Counted from the first letter of the stretch, positions 37,030 to 47,759 are shown. The stretch is 48,136 nt of DNA from an uncultured Aquiluna sp. (GCA_964439375.1 CAYTOH010000001.1:1-48136), one strand, 5' to 3'. Program-made: numbers and translations. Notes: a model not told the origin generated them from the sequence alone.

Positions 37030-38409
37030 ATGACTGTCGCTAGCCAAAACCAAAAGGTGATTCAGCTGCTTCGCGAACATTTGTCCGAAAAGGTGAAAAC
37101 GGATGAAGCTTCGCTAGCGGAAGTGCGGTCAGACAAATCAGGTAAATCATCTAGTTCTTCACCTATCTGCGTGGTCGAGGCAACCGAGACCGGCGACGTG
37201 GTCAAGGTCATGAAGATTGCTCACGAGACTGACACACCTGTCGTAACAAGAGGGGGAGGTAGTGGACTTGCCGGTGGGGCTATTGGCTCTGCGGGAGAGA
37301 TTGTGCTTTCGCTCAAGCGAATGAATCGTATCCTCGAAATTTCCCAGGCAGACCGATGGGCTCTGGTTGAGGCTGGCGTCATCAACCAGGATCTGAATCT
37401 TGCTGCCAAGCAACTAGACCTCTGGTTTGCACCCGATCCTGCAAGTCGGGCTTGGTCAACTGTTGGGGGAAACATAGCGACTAACGCTGGAGGGCTGCTA
37501 TGCGCCAAGTATGGCGTCACTCGTGAGGCGGTTCGAGAGTTAACGGTGGTTTTGGCAGACGGTCAAGTGATGCGCTTGGGACATCAAACGATTAAAGGTG
37601 TCACCGGCTATGACCTGGTTTCTCTTCTTGTTGGAAGCGAGGGGACTCTCGGGGTCATCACCGAAGCTCGTGTGGCCCTCAAGCCAATTGATTCTTATCC
37701 AACTTGGACAGTTAGCGCGGAGTGCTCGGACATCGAACAAGTTGGTCTGGCCGTGCAAGAGACGCTGCGACGAGGCCTAGTTCCGAGCGTATTTGAACTC
37801 ATTGATCATCGATGTGCTCAATACATCGCTGACTACCTCGGCACAGGCTCACGGACCCACTCGGGAAACGTTCTTTTAGCTCAGGCCGATGGTGCCGGGG
37901 CGGAGCGGACTGCTCAAGCCATATCAGGCGTTTGGCAAGAGTTTGGGATGACTCCAGCCGTCGAGACTGGCCGCGAGGATCTCTTAGAGTTCAGACGTGC
38001 GATGTTGCCGGCGTTGGAGAAGCAAGGGACGGTTTTGATTGAAGATGTCGCGGTTCCGATATCCCGACTGGCCGAAATGCTGCGAGCAATCCGCAAAATT
38101 GAAGTCGAATTTGACCTCGAGATACCAACCGTGGCTCACGCTGGGGATGGGAACCTGCACCCCAATTTCATTTACGCTGGCGAGGAGGTTCCGGAGCGTG
38201 TCTGGGGAGCCGCAAATGCCCTCTTCAAGGCGGCCATGTCAATGGGTGGCACACTGACCGGAGAACACGGGGTTGGCTTGTTGAAAAGGCAGTGGCTCAT
38301 GGAGGAGCTTGGGGATCCTCAATGGCAACTTCAGTGGGCGGTCAAGAAGCTTTTTGACCCCAAGAATTTATTGAACCCGGGAAAAGTCTTCGATCCTGCT
38401 AACACTTAG
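37030..38409 (+). CDS. FAD-linked 2-hydroxyacid oxidase/dehydrogenase (GlcD/D-lactate dehydrogenase family)
   Basis: Start ATG 37030 (SD GGAG). RGGGSGLAGG, PDPAS, GGNIATNAGG, KYG, GSEGTLG, HAGDGNLH, GEHGVG, NPGK. Confidence 0.9.
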   Translation: MTVASQNQKVIQLLREHLSEKVKTDEASLAEVRSDKSGKSSSSSPICVVEATETGDVVKVMKIAHETDTPVVTRGGGSGLAGGAIGSAGEIVLSLKRMNRILEISQADRWALVEAGVINQDLNLAAKQLDLWFAPDPASRAWSTVGGNIATNAGGLLCAKYGVTREAVRELTVVLADGQVMRLGHQTIKGVTGYDLVSLLVGSEGTLGVITEARVALKPIDSYPTWTVSAECSDIEQVGLAVQETLRRGLVPSVFELIDHRCAQYIADYLGTGSRTHSGNVLLAQADGAGAERTAQAISGVWQEFGMTPAVETGREDLLEFRRAMLPALEKQGTVLIEDVAVPISRLAEMLRAIRKIEVEFDLEIPTVAHAGDGNLHPNFIYAGEEVPERVWGAANALFKAAMSMGGTLTGEHGVGLLKRQWLMEELGDPQWQLQWAVKKLFDPKNLLNPGKVFDPANT

Positions 38410-38452
38410 ACCAAACGGCCGACTTATGGGGTGTCTCGTCGGTTTCAAGTGC

Positions 38453-39019
38453 TTAAGGGCGGTTTCTGCCGACTAACTTCTTGGACATCAAAATGTGCTT
38501 GTCATCGACCATGGGGCCAGGCTCGAAGCCGGCTTTTTCGAACATGCTTCGGGGCCCTCGATAGCCCCACTCGTGAAACTCTCCACTGGCTAGTGGCGCA
38601 GAGTTCACTGCAACATAACCCTGGTTCGGGAGATCCTCCAGCGCATAGTCAAGCAAGCGAGTGGCCACGCCTTTTCCTTGGTGTTCTTTCTCTACAACGA
38701 AGCAGATTATTGCTGCCACGTTTTCGGGGCCGGGTGGCAGGGCAACAAAGTTCTTGAAACTGTTGGCCGCCATCCAGCCAACAACCTTGTCGCCTTCATA
38801 CGCCAGGTAGCCCTGCATTGTGCCCTCGTTAGTTCTGTCACAAGCGCGCTGCCGGTTTACGTGCTCCTTCGCAGCGGGGTCATCGTTTTCCGCCTTTGAG
38901 TTGAGATAGAACTGGCAATAGCAGCCCTGCCACTGAGGTTGCGATTTGAAGGCGGGGCCGTCCATGAACTCCAACAGTCCACTGAGTTCTGAGGGATTAA
39001 GTCTGCGAATCTCAAGCAC
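38453..39019 (-). CDS. GNAT-family N-acetyltransferase
   Basis: Acetyl-CoA motif CFVVEKEHQGKGVA, FEKAGF; N-terminal GCYC. Confidence 0.8.
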   Translation of the reverse strand: MLEIRRLNPSELSGLLEFMDGPAFKSQPQWQGCYCQFYLNSKAENDDPAAKEHVNRQRACDRTNEGTMQGYLAYEGDKVVGWMAANSFKNFVALPPGPENVAAIICFVVEKEHQGKGVATRLLDYALEDLPNQGYVAVNSAPLASGEFHEWGYRGPRSMFEKAGFEPGPMVDDKHILMSKKLVGRNRP

Positions 39020-39043
39020 CCCTGAATGCTAGGTCAAAGATTG

Positions 39044-39086
39044 AAAAAGGGAAAGAAAAACCCCAGCCGTGGAGGGCTGGGGTTTT
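39044..39086 (-). terminator. Rho-independent terminator after tRNA-Tyr
   Basis: AAAACCCCAGCC-GTGGAG-GGCTGGGGTTTT hairpin (39057-39086) followed on the minus strand by a U-rich tract. Confidence 0.85.
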
Positions 39087-39087
39087 G

Positions 39088-39169
39088 TGGCTAGTGAGGG
39101 ATTCGAACCCCCGAAGGCTGAGCCGGCTGATTTACAGTCAGATCCCTTTGGCCGCTTGGGTAACTAGCC
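39088..39169 (-). tRNA. tRNA-Tyr (GTA), CCA not encoded
   Basis: Acceptor stem GGCTAGT/ACTAGCC plus discriminator A; anticodon arm CTGA-CTGTAAA-TCAG; long variable arm; GGTTCGAATCC T-loop. Confidence 0.97.
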
Positions 39170-39235
39170 GAAAGCACTTTTTAGGGCGCAGTGGAAAACA
39201 ATACCCGATTTTTGAAGCCCCGACTAGCGCACAAG

Positions 39236-39253
39236 ACTGTAAAGCTTTACAGT
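39236..39253. promoter_or_regulatory. Perfect 18-bp palindrome ACTGTAAAGCTTTACAGT (candidate autoregulatory operator over the -10 TACAGT)
   Basis: Immediately upstream of the LacI gene; CTGTAA/TTACAG arms identical to the mal operators. Confidence 0.65.
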
Positions 39254-39260
39254 TTGAGCT

Positions 39261-40289
39261 GTGGTAGGCATCATCGAGGTTGCGCAGCGGGCTGGAGTAT
39301 CGACAGCGACCGTTTCCAGAGCGCTAAATGGCAAGAGTCACGTTTCCGCAAGAGCACGAGAAAAGGTCCTGAAGGCCGCCCAGGAGCTGGGTTATGTTGC
39401 CTCCTCTTCGGCTTACACGCTGGCAACGGGTAGGGCTAAAAACATCGGCGTCGTTATGCCCTTTGTTTCACCCTGGTTTTTCTCCACGGTCCTCGATGGA
39501 ACCGTCAATGCATTGATTAACCGTGGCTACGATGTAACGCTTTACAGCCTTTCTGGCGGACTTTCTCACCGTAAGCGCACCTTCGAAGATCTCGTTCTCC
39601 GCAAGCGTGTGGATGGTGTGTTGACAGTTGCGGTGAAGCTAACTGACTCCGAGCTCGCAAACCTCACTGCTTTACAAAAACCAATCGTAGGAATTGGTGG
39701 ACCGATTCCAGGAGCGAGGTCCCTCTCGCTCGATGACGAGGGCGCGGGGCGCCTCGCAACCCAACACCTGATCTCACTTGGCCACACTGAAATAGGCATG
39801 ATCGCCGGAAACGCGGCCAGCGAGATGGACTTCCACCAGCCATACCTTCGCCGCACCGGCTACCACGAGGCTCTACTGGATGCCAATCTCGACTTTAAGC
39901 CTGAGTGGATGGCAGAGGCTGACTTCACTGTGGGCGGTGGCTACCACGCAGCAAAGCAAATGCTCGGGGACCCGAGATCAGCACCAACAGCACTGTTCTG
40001 TGCGTCTGATGAGATGGGCTTCGGCGCAATCCAGGCCGCCAGAGACCTTGGCTACCGCGTCCCCCAAGACATCAGCGTGATCGGCATGGATGGACACGAG
40101 CTCGGTGAGTTTTACGGCCTTTCCACCATCAACCAGCAACCTAAAGAGCAGGGAGCAAAGGGTGCAAACATGCTGGTCGACATCCTGGAGTCGGGAGACC
40201 CCAAGCAATTGGTAAATGTTGAGCAGTTAACTCTTTGGCCAATGGAACTGCTGGTTAGGTCTTCAACGGCCAGACGGTCCCGGGATTAG
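39261..40289 (+). CDS. LacI-family transcriptional regulator (probable maltose regulator)
   Basis: [52 protein letters not shown]. Confidence 0.93.
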   Translation: MVGIIEVAQRAGVSTATVSRALNGKSHVSARAREKVLKAAQELGYVASSSAYTLATGRAKNIGVVMPFVSPWFFSTVLDGTVNALINRGYDVTLYSLSGGLSHRKRTFEDLVLRKRVDGVLTVAVKLTDSELANLTALQKPIVGIGGPIPGARSLSLDDEGAGRLATQHLISLGHTEIGMIAGNAASEMDFHQPYLRRTGYHEALLDANLDFKPEWMAEADFTVGGGYHAAKQMLGDPRSAPTALFCASDEMGFGAIQAARDLGYRVPQDISVIGMDGHELGEFYGLSTINQQPKEQGAKGANMLVDILESGDPKQLVNVEQLTLWPMELLVRSSTARRSRD

Positions 40290-40299
40290 ACTTTCCTCC

Positions 40300-40788
40300 A
40301 TGGCAGACTCCTCATTCGACATCGTCAGCAAAGTAGACCGTCAAGAAACCGCTAACGCGCTAACTCAAGCGCAAAAGGAAGTTGAGCAGCGCTACGACTT
40401 CAAGGGAACTGATGCTTCAATCGAGTTCTCTGGCGAGAAGATCATGATCAAGGCAAACTCCAAGGACCGCGCCGAAGCAGTGCTGGATGTTTTCCAGTCC
40501 AAGCTTGTAAAGCGCGGGATCTCACTCAAGAGCCTCGATGACGGCGAACCATACCCATCGGGCAAAGAGTTCCGGATTGAGTGCAACATGAAGAGCGGAA
40601 TCGACCAGGAAAACGCCAAGAAGATTTCGAAGATTATCCGCGATGAGGGCCCCAAGAGCGTGAAGGCTCAGATTCAAGGCGACGAGCTTCGTGTGACATC
40701 AAAGTCTCGTGATGACCTCCAGGAAACAATTGCACTGCTCAAGGGCAAAGACTTGCCCGTTGATCTGCAGTTCGTGAACTTCCGCTAA
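40300..40788 (+). CDS. yajQ: YajQ-family nucleotide/c-di-GMP-binding protein
   Basis: [40 protein letters not shown]. Confidence 0.96.
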   Translation: MADSSFDIVSKVDRQETANALTQAQKEVEQRYDFKGTDASIEFSGEKIMIKANSKDRAEAVLDVFQSKLVKRGISLKSLDDGEPYPSGKEFRIECNMKSGIDQENAKKISKIIRDEGPKSVKAQIQGDELRVTSKSRDDLQETIALLKGKDLPVDLQFVNFR

Positions 40789-41864
40789 CCCATAGCCAGG
40801 TAGCCAACACCCGCGCCAGAAACCGAGAACAACCTCGCATCGGACAGGAAAGCCGCCTCGCCTCTAGACAATGTCAGTAGCTCATCCTTGGAGGTTGAGA
40901 TGCTGATCTCTCCTGAGACGCAAACAGCGATCGCACTGCCGCGAAGCTCCAAATCGATCAACATGTTGGTCGCTGACGGCTCCACTTTATAAACGCTGAA
41001 ATCCTCAACATCAACGGGAATGTGCCAAAGTCCATTGAGCATTTTTTTCAAAGCTGCCCTTGGTTCCTGAAGCTCCGAGTAATCCAAGATCTTGAGTAGT
41101 TCTTTGACATCAATCGGCTTAGGAGTCAGTCCCCCGCGAAGCACGTTGTCACTGGCGGCCATAACCTCAACGCCCAGGCCAAAAAGGTAGGCGTGGATAT
41201 TCCCCGCCGGCAGAAACATCGCCTCGCCTGGTTCTAAAGTCACCAGGTTCATCAAGACAGAAACCAAGATGCCCTTGTCACCGGGATAGCGGTCAAAGAG
41301 CTCCTCGACTAAGCGAGCTCGCTTTCTACCCAGCACAGTTGCATTCGCGACCAGTTGCCCAACTGCAGGCGGTTCAGAATCGTAGATCCAATTCATCGCG
41401 CCCTTTAGACCCGCTGCCTCATAGGCTCCCCACAAACCAGCGAGGTGAATGGTTGCAGTGGCTAACTTCTGCAAATCAATCTCCAGTTCGGTCCGGGGCC
41501 TAAATCCACAAAGAGCCCTGAACTCGGTGACCGCGATGATCATCTCAGGCTTGTGATTGGCATCCTGATAGCTCGAATGAGACTGCCCGAACATATGTTG
41601 GGCCCTGGCCTTGCTGGGGTGCGCCTGAATAGAAAGTGGGCTCTCGGCTGCCAAAAACTTCACCAGAAATGGAAGCTCTCCGACTCTTGAAAGGAGCGTT
41701 CCGCCTTGTGAATCCAGGACTATCGATGGTGAGTTTTTGTGAGTACCAAACCAGATTTCGGCCATCGGCTCACCGTCCGGCTCAATGCCTAGCAGATCAG
41801 GAATCAAATCCTTAGAGCCCCATGCGTAGCGCATGGGCTGATTAGAAATTTTGAACAGAGTCAT
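40785..41864 (-). CDS. manA: Mannose-6-phosphate isomerase class I
   Basis: [49 protein letters not shown]. Confidence 0.95.
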   Translation of the reverse strand: MTLFKISNQPMRYAWGSKDLIPDLLGIEPDGEPMAEIWFGTHKNSPSIVLDSQGGTLLSRVGELPFLVKFLAAESPLSIQAHPSKARAQHMFGQSHSSYQDANHKPEMIIAVTEFRALCGFRPRTELEIDLQKLATATIHLAGLWGAYEAAGLKGAMNWIYDSEPPAVGQLVANATVLGRKRARLVEELFDRYPGDKGILVSVLMNLVTLEPGEAMFLPAGNIHAYLFGLGVEVMAASDNVLRGGLTPKPIDVKELLKILDYSELQEPRAALKKMLNGLWHIPVDVEDFSVYKVEPSATNMLIDLELRGSAIAVCVSGEISISTSKDELLTLSRGEAAFLSDARLFSVSGAGVGYLAMG

Positions 41865-43132
41865 CGTTTGCCCGACTCGTCAATAATCACTGAAATAGGG
41901 CCAGTTGGAGGAGCTGCGTTTTCAAGCTCCTGTACCTTTGCCCGCTTTGCGAAGATTCCCGCAATCACGCCAGACCCGATAGCCAAAACAATAGGGAAGA
42001 AGAAAGCAAGGGCCAGTCCATATCCCTCAACCGTCGCCCCCATAAACGCCTTGGCAAAGATTGCAACGCTCGAGTTGAAAAGGCTCAAGCGAGATACCGC
42101 CCAGGATGTTGAAACCCCTGGGATGTGGCCGGCTGCCGAGAAAAACGCGGGCGATACAGCTGCCAAACCAAGCCCCGCGAGGCCCCATAAAAATGCAGTC
42201 AGGATCAATCCGAAAATCGGATTGATCGCGGTGAGCATTGGGGCAAACATTACGCTGAGCGCCAAGGCGCCTGCAGCTACAAATGAACCTCTTGAAGCAA
42301 TCAGGTGCGGATGGAAACGAACTGCCATTTTGGTCATGGCTAGTCGACCCGCAATCATGCCAATCATGAATGCCGCAAACGGAATAGACCGCAGTGCAAC
42401 CTCAAGATTCAAAACATCTCTTGCAAATACCGCCGCCCAGTCGATGACCGCAACTTCTGGGTAGATACCGAAGAACAAACCAAATGCAAGCAGCCAGAGC
42501 TGCTGCGGCATTTGATAGAACTTCCGCTTCACAACCTGGGCCTTCTCCTCCAAATGCCCATCTTCTTGAGAAGAGAGTAGGTGCCGGAAAGAGAACTCGA
42601 AGATGATCCAGGTAGAGATGGCCACCAAAATCAGGTAAACCTCGAGGGTTAGGAAAACGGTGGATAGCCCTCCGGTGATTGCCGCTAGAACGGCCCCTAC
42701 ACTCCATCCTGCGTGCAGTCGACCAATGATGTTTTTGGTGATTTGTTTTTGCAAGAGGACCGCGTGCGAGTTCACCGATACGCCCAGCAGCGACATGCTG
42801 AAGTTGAAGCCAACGTTTAGAAAAAACCAGAGAAATGGGTCATTGGTCCAAGCCAGTGATACAAGGAAGAGCAAGCCGAAGTAGCTCGAGATGCGAATGA
42901 TGATTCGAGAGCCAAAACGCATCATCAGTCTCGAAGCAAACAGTAGCGGGGTGATAGAGCCGATTACCCCAAGACCGATAATGGTTCCCCAAGCTGCAAA
43001 AGAGACACCTAGACGATCGATGTATTCGGGAACCCAAGCCACCGATGCTAAAGCGGCGTGCCCCATAAAAATGAAGGTCAGCAGCATTGCTATTTGCGCT
43101 TTGCGCAGCCTCGCTGCCGGCAACCGCTCCAT
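41861..43132 (-). CDS. MFS transporter
   Basis: About 12 hydrophobic segments; LHAGWSVG, EVAVIDW motifs. Confidence 0.85.
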   Translation of the reverse strand: MERLPAARLRKAQIAMLLTFIFMGHAALASVAWVPEYIDRLGVSFAAWGTIIGLGVIGSITPLLFASRLMMRFGSRIIIRISSYFGLLFLVSLAWTNDPFLWFFLNVGFNFSMSLLGVSVNSHAVLLQKQITKNIIGRLHAGWSVGAVLAAITGGLSTVFLTLEVYLILVAISTWIIFEFSFRHLLSSQEDGHLEEKAQVVKRKFYQMPQQLWLLAFGLFFGIYPEVAVIDWAAVFARDVLNLEVALRSIPFAAFMIGMIAGRLAMTKMAVRFHPHLIASRGSFVAAGALALSVMFAPMLTAINPIFGLILTAFLWGLAGLGLAAVSPAFFSAAGHIPGVSTSWAVSRLSLFNSSVAIFAKAFMGATVEGYGLALAFFFPIVLAIGSGVIAGIFAKRAKVQELENAAPPTGPISVIIDESGKR

Positions 43133-43134
43133 GG

Positions 43135-44487
43135 CTATTCGCCTTTCGAAACCGTGAGCATGTCTTCTCTGTCGAAGAGCTTAATTCTCTCCCGACCTTG
43201 AGCCTCTCCGAGGGAGCGTTCCCTGGCGTCTATCTTTAGCCACTCTGGCCAGCCAACGAAGGCGACATTCTTGCGCTCTAGGGTTTCAACAACTGCTTCT
43301 TCTGAAGGGAGCGCCGGCTGCCACCAGCTACCTCTATCAGCAATTACGTGACCAATGGTTTCTATGGCGTCAGCTTTGGTGTGGCCAATAAGGCCAACCG
43401 GGCCGCGCTTTATCCAGCCGGTGCAGTAAACCCCAGGAATTTGCTTGCCTGAATCATCAAGAACTCGACCCTCGGCGTTTTTGATAACCCCATACTTCGA
43501 GTCGAAGGGAATCTCGTCCAACGCGGAACCGAAGTACCCAACGGCCCTGTAGACAGCCTGCACATCAAAGGTCTTGTACTCACCTGTGGGGCGCACGTTC
43601 CCAGTCCCATCGAGTTCGGTTCTCTCGACCTTGAAGCCCACAACCTTGCCGTCCTCGCCCAAGACCTCAACGGGGCTTGCGAAAAAGTGCAGGTGGAGCC
43701 TGCGTTCCTGGTACTCCTGCGGGTTGTCCTTTAGGTCCTCTAGGGTTTTCACCATCACTCGAACCTGGTTGTTACTGTCAATTGCCGCTTGAGACCCCTC
43801 GTCATACTTGAAGTCTTCAGGTTCAACAATCGCCTGGACTCCTTCGATGTGAAGTGCCTCTCTGAGCTCAAGGGGTGAGAACTTGACCTGAGCAGGCCCC
43901 CTTCTCCCAAAGACGTGGACATCGGTGACAGGCGAAGCCTTCAGCCCCTGATAAACATGGTCCGGGATATCCGTGCTGAGTAAGTCATCGGGCCGCTTAA
44001 TGAGCATGCGTGCAACATCGAGTGCAACGTTTCCATTGCCGATCACGGCAATCTCTTTGGCGTTCAGGGGCCATTGCCTTGGGAAATCAGGATGGGCGTC
44101 ATACCAATTCACAAAATCGGCTGCTCCATAGGAGCCGTCGAGTTCGATACCGGGGATGTTTAGGTCTGCATCTGCGATTGCTCCGGTAGCAAAAATCACT
44201 GCGTTGTAGTGCTGCTTCAGTTCATCGAGGGTGATGTCTGTGCCGTACTTCACATTTCCAAAGAAGCGGATATCTCCGCGATCTAGCACCTCGTAGAGCG
44301 CTCTGATGATGCCCTTGATTCTTGGGTGGTCGGGCGCTACTCCGTAGCGAACTAGTCCGTATGGTGCCGGAAGGAGGTCGAAGAGGTCGATTGAGACGTC
44401 GAAGTCGCGCTGTGCCTTGATGATTAGATCCGCTGCATAGATGCCCGCCGGACCCGCTCCAACAACTGCTAAACGTAGTTTTGACAA
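43135..44487 (-). CDS. fprA: NADPH:ferredoxin reductase (FprA/adrenodoxin reductase-like)
   Basis: VGAGPAG, GLVRYGVAPDH, GNGNVALD, GRRGP, GWIKRGPVGLIG. Confidence 0.9.
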   Translation of the reverse strand: MSKLRLAVVGAGPAGIYAADLIIKAQRDFDVSIDLFDLLPAPYGLVRYGVAPDHPRIKGIIRALYEVLDRGDIRFFGNVKYGTDITLDELKQHYNAVIFATGAIADADLNIPGIELDGSYGAADFVNWYDAHPDFPRQWPLNAKEIAVIGNGNVALDVARMLIKRPDDLLSTDIPDHVYQGLKASPVTDVHVFGRRGPAQVKFSPLELREALHIEGVQAIVEPEDFKYDEGSQAAIDSNNQVRVMVKTLEDLKDNPQEYQERRLHLHFFASPVEVLGEDGKVVGFKVERTELDGTGNVRPTGEYKTFDVQAVYRAVGYFGSALDEIPFDSKYGVIKNAEGRVLDDSGKQIPGVYCTGWIKRGPVGLIGHTKADAIETIGHVIADRGSWWQPALPSEEAVVETLERKNVAFVGWPEWLKIDARERSLGEAQGRERIKLFDREDMLTVSKGE

Positions 44488-44504
44488 TTAGTTCTTCCTC
44501 TTTG

Positions 44505-45503
44505 TTATCCCTGACGGTCCACAACCGCCTTGGCAAAGGCCTCAAGGGCGCTCTTAACACTTCCATCCGGAAGCGGTGCAATAGCTTCAACTGCTCGGTG
44601 TGCCCAAGATTCGGTCTGAGTGCGAGCCTCTTCCAAAACCGGATGATTCCTAAGCTCCGCCAAAACCTCTGACAGATTCTCTTCACTCAGATTCGACTTG
44701 ATTGTCTCCAGCAAGGCTTTGGACCTCGGGTCAGAGTAGTTCTCCAGGAGGAGCACTGGAAGGGTTGGAACACCAGCCAACAAGTCGGTGCCTGAGACCT
44801 TGCCTGACTGCTCCTTGGTGCTTTCGATGTCGATGATGTCGTCCACCAGCTGGAAGGCAACTCCAACCCGCTCGCCAAATAGCTGGAGCGGTTCCTGATA
44901 GTCAGGATTTGCACCCGAGAGCATCGCACCCAGGCGAGCGGAAAGAGCAATCAACGAACCGGTCTTGTCTCTCAGCACTTCTAAATAATGCTCGAGTGGA
45001 TCTTGGCCGTCGGTTGGGCCGATGGTCTCGTGCAGCTGGCCTAGGACGAGCTGCTCGAAGACTTGAGCCTGGAGCTTCAGGGCTTCTTCACCTAAGCCCG
45101 AGACGATGTTTGATGCCCTGGCAAATAAAAGGTCGCCGGTCAAAATGGCAATGTTGTTACCCCAGACCACGTGAGCAGTGTCGACCCCACGGCGCTTGAC
45201 CGCCTGATCCATAACGTCATCGTGATACAAGGTTGCGAGGTGGGTGATCTCCATCACTACCGCCGCATCTAAGACTGAATCGGCATCTGGGTTACCAAGG
45301 TGCGAGGTGAGAAGAACCAAAACGGGCCTCATCCTCTTGCCTCCAGCTTTGGCAAGGTGAGAGGCCATCGACTGCACCATCGACTCGGTGTGACTGGTCG
45401 CTGAAATGATGCGTGACTCAACCTCGGTCATGCGTTCTTCGATTGCCGCCAAGAGCTTTTTGTCGCTAACCCGCTTGAGCTGGCTCGGGAGTTGAATCTT
45501 CAA
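44505..45503 (-). CDS. Polyprenyl diphosphate synthase (HepT/GrcC-like)
   Basis: GGKRMRP, LYHDDVMD (FARM), RRG, KTG, FQLVDDIID (SARM). Confidence 0.93.
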   Translation of the reverse strand: MKIQLPSQLKRVSDKKLLAAIEERMTEVESRIISATSHTESMVQSMASHLAKAGGKRMRPVLVLLTSHLGNPDADSVLDAAVVMEITHLATLYHDDVMDQAVKRRGVDTAHVVWGNNIAILTGDLLFARASNIVSGLGEEALKLQAQVFEQLVLGQLHETIGPTDGQDPLEHYLEVLRDKTGSLIALSARLGAMLSGANPDYQEPLQLFGERVGVAFQLVDDIIDIESTKEQSGKVSGTDLLAGVPTLPVLLLENYSDPRSKALLETIKSNLSEENLSEVLAELRNHPVLEEARTQTESWAHRAVEAIAPLPDGSVKSALEAFAKAVVDRQG

Positions 45504-46190
45504 CTACTTCACCGCCTTGTGGATGGCGACAACCCCAAGGGTGAGATTTCTAAACTTCACTTGCGAAAAACCAGCCTTTTCAATGTCCCGCTTCAGCTCT
45601 ATTTGATTAGGCCATGCCGCGATTGACTCTGAGAGATAGTCATACGCTTCTGGGGTCTTACTAAATAGCGCGGATAGCTTCGGGAGGATGTGCTTTAGGT
45701 ACAAGCGATAAAGGGGCCCAAAAACTCCCCCAACATGAGAAAACTCACAAATCACCAATCGGCCACCAGGCTTTAGCACCCTGAAAAACTCGCCCAGAGC
45801 AATCTTGTGGTTCTCGACATTTCGAAGCCCGAAGCTCATCGTCACAACATCAAACTCGCCATCCTGGAAGGGCAACTTCATAGCATCGGCAAAGACAAAC
45901 TCGAGTTCTGGATAAAGCTTGCGGCCCTGCTCGAGCATGCCGTTTGAAAAATCTGCGGCAACAACTGTTATCCCGTCCCCGCGCAGTGCCATCGAGCTGG
46001 TTCCAGTGCCTGCAGCAATATCGAGAATTCGGTCTGGAGCCTTTGGGTTTATCGCTTTGCGAACCGCTTTGCGCCAGAGTCTGGCTTGCCCAAAGGAGAG
46101 CATGTCATTGGTCTTATCGTAGGTTTTTGCGACCTCGTCAAACATCGCCGATACGGCGGCTGGGTTTTTTGAGAGGTCGGCTTTTGACAC
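45504..46190 (-). CDS. menG: Demethylmenaquinone methyltransferase
   Basis: MFDEVA.YD..ND.LS, LDIAAGTG, SFGLRNV, RVLKPGG, YDYLSESI. Confidence 0.95.
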   Translation of the reverse strand: MSKADLSKNPAAVSAMFDEVAKTYDKTNDMLSFGQARLWRKAVRKAINPKAPDRILDIAAGTGTSSMALRGDGITVVAADFSNGMLEQGRKLYPELEFVFADAMKLPFQDGEFDVVTMSFGLRNVENHKIALGEFFRVLKPGGRLVICEFSHVGGVFGPLYRLYLKHILPKLSALFSKTPEAYDYLSESIAAWPNQIELKRDIEKAGFSQVKFRNLTLGVVAIHKAVK

Positions 46191-46199
46191 CTGAAGAGT

Positions 46200-46490
46200 C
46201 TACTCGCCGTCAGCGTCTCTGGAACCCTGCACAAGGCTGTAGACAACCAGTGCTAGCGATCCCATTGCAAGTGAGATAACCAAAGGTGTGGTGGCGTTCA
46301 CAAACTTGTCGGCAGGAGTCAATGTTGTGATTTCAACCTTGGAAAAATCAATTGGCTCCATCGCGTCAGGATCAATTAGCTTGTCCACTTTGGTAGGGGG
46401 AATGATGTCAGAATCCTGACTCGCATACGCAGAGGCTGGGCCAAGGGCGCACAAGCCCAACAGCAAAGCTGCTACCAGTTTGGTGCGCAA
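46200..46490 (-). CDS. Small secreted/membrane-anchored hypothetical protein
   Basis: SD AGGAG before TTG; signal peptide ending AYA; acidic core; C-terminal TM helix. Confidence 0.7.
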   Translation of the reverse strand: MRTKLVAALLLGLCALGPASAYASQDSDIIPPTKVDKLIDPDAMEPIDFSKVEITTLTPADKFVNATTPLVISLAMGSLALVVYSLVQGSRDADGE

Positions 46491-46538
46491 TCAGACTCCT
46501 TCTAGACTCGTAAAAGAATAAGCAGGTTCGCTGAGTGG

Positions 46539-47759
46539 TTGCTACTAAAAGCAACTCAAACTAAGGAAATGTCGATGGGGCTCAAAGCTGTCTCAAGGTT
46601 TCAGCCCGCCAAGGCTCCCGAAAAACCTGATCTGGTGTTCTTGCGCGAGGGCAACCTGCTCTATGGCGAAGGCATTGCCCTAAGGCTTTCAGCAAAAGGT
46701 GTAAACCGAATTCAAGAACTTTCCACTGCTTGGCAAGAGCTCATTCAACAAAGTGAAATCTATGATCAGGTGGGCCTCGCTGGCAGTGGGCTGATGGCCT
46801 TTGCCTCCATCACATTCTCAGGGGATAGCGAGTTCGAGAGTGTTTTGGTGATACCCGCAAGATTGACGGTGATTCGTGAGGGCGTCAGTTTTGTAACCGA
46901 AGTGGCTCCGGTCTCTTTGCCCGCGGAGGCTCGACCGGTGAGCGGGGTCTTTTTTGCTGGCGAGCTTTCGGCGTCAGGGTTTGTAAGCGCCACCCAAGAG
47001 GCAATCCGCCGCATCGAACAGACCGAGCTAGAGAAGGTTGTCCTGGCTCGAGACTTGGTCATGCCGCTCTCGGGTAACCCGGACATGGCCCCTGTTATAA
47101 GTCGACTTCACAAGCGCTACCCGCACTGCTGGACGTATTTGATTGAGGGCAACTTTGGTGCTTCCCCAGAGCTACTGCTCAGGGCCGAATCAGGCGAGGT
47201 CTCGGCAAGGGTCTTGGCTGGGACTGCTGGCCGAGGCACCGACCCTGATGTTGATCGAGCTATCGCAGATGGCCTGGCGCACTCTTCGAAGAACAAGCAC
47301 GAGCACGAGTATGCCGTTCAATCGCTGATACAAGAACTAAGTCCAGTCTGTGATGATCTCGAGGCCGATCAAAAACCTTTCTCGCTGGCCCTTCCTGACC
47401 TTTGGCACCTAGCCTCTGATGTGCGAGGGAAGCTCAAAGCCGGAGTCACTTTGCTTGACGCAATTGCCAGACTGCACCCGACCGCTGCCGTTGCCGGAAC
47501 GCCCCGCACCCTCGCCGAGCAAACCATCGCAGAACTAGAGCCATTTGACCGGGGTGGGTATGCGGGCCCAATCGGCTGGATTTCGGCCGACGGTTCTGGG
47601 GAGTTGGCAATTGCACTGCGCGGTGGCCGAGTAGAGCAGGACCCTTGGCAGCTGAGGGCATTTGCAGGCTGCGGCATTGTTGCCGAAAGTGACCCTCAAG
47701 CAGAACTTGCCGAGACTGAACTGAAGTTCAAAGCAGTCCGATACGCACTGAGCGACTAA
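46539..47759 (+). CDS. menF: Isochorismate synthase
   Basis: KVVLARD, GASPELL, LAGT, EH, LHPTAAVAGTP, RGGYAGPIGW, FAGCGIV, ETELK. Start codon uncertain. Confidence 0.92.
   Translation: MLLKATQTKEMSMGLKAVSRFQPAKAPEKPDLVFLREGNLLYGEGIALRLSAKGVNRIQELSTAWQELIQQSEIYDQVGLAGSGLMAFASITFSGDSEFESVLVIPARLTVIREGVSFVTEVAPVSLPAEARPVSGVFFAGELSASGFVSATQEAIRRIEQTELEKVVLARDLVMPLSGNPDMAPVISRLHKRYPHCWTYLIEGNFGASPELLLRAESGEVSARVLAGTAGRGTDPDVDRAIADGLAHSSKNKHEHEYAVQSLIQELSPVCDDLEADQKPFSLALPDLWHLASDVRGKLKAGVTLLDAIARLHPTAAVAGTPRTLAEQTIAELEPFDRGGYAGPIGWISADGSGELAIALRGGRVEQDPWQLRAFAGCGIVAESDPQAELAETELKFKAVRYALSD

Noticed and set aside
38587-38595. TGGCTAGTG, matching the tRNA-Tyr 3' end, as a possible att site
   Set aside because: Only 9 bp, inside the intact GNAT CDS, with no integrase and no matching copy at the left island edge.
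39131-39253. tRNA anticodon-loop sequence GACTGTAAA repeated in the palindrome upstream of the LacI gene
   Set aside because: It is on the 5' side of the tRNA, wrong for an att duplication, and is better explained as an operator half-site.
41868-42464. 198-aa antisense ORF and similar shadow ORFs (e.g. 15247-15786, 31727-32224, 34303-34833)
   Set aside because: They overlap well-supported genes on the opposite strand or frame and show no SD or recognisable motifs.
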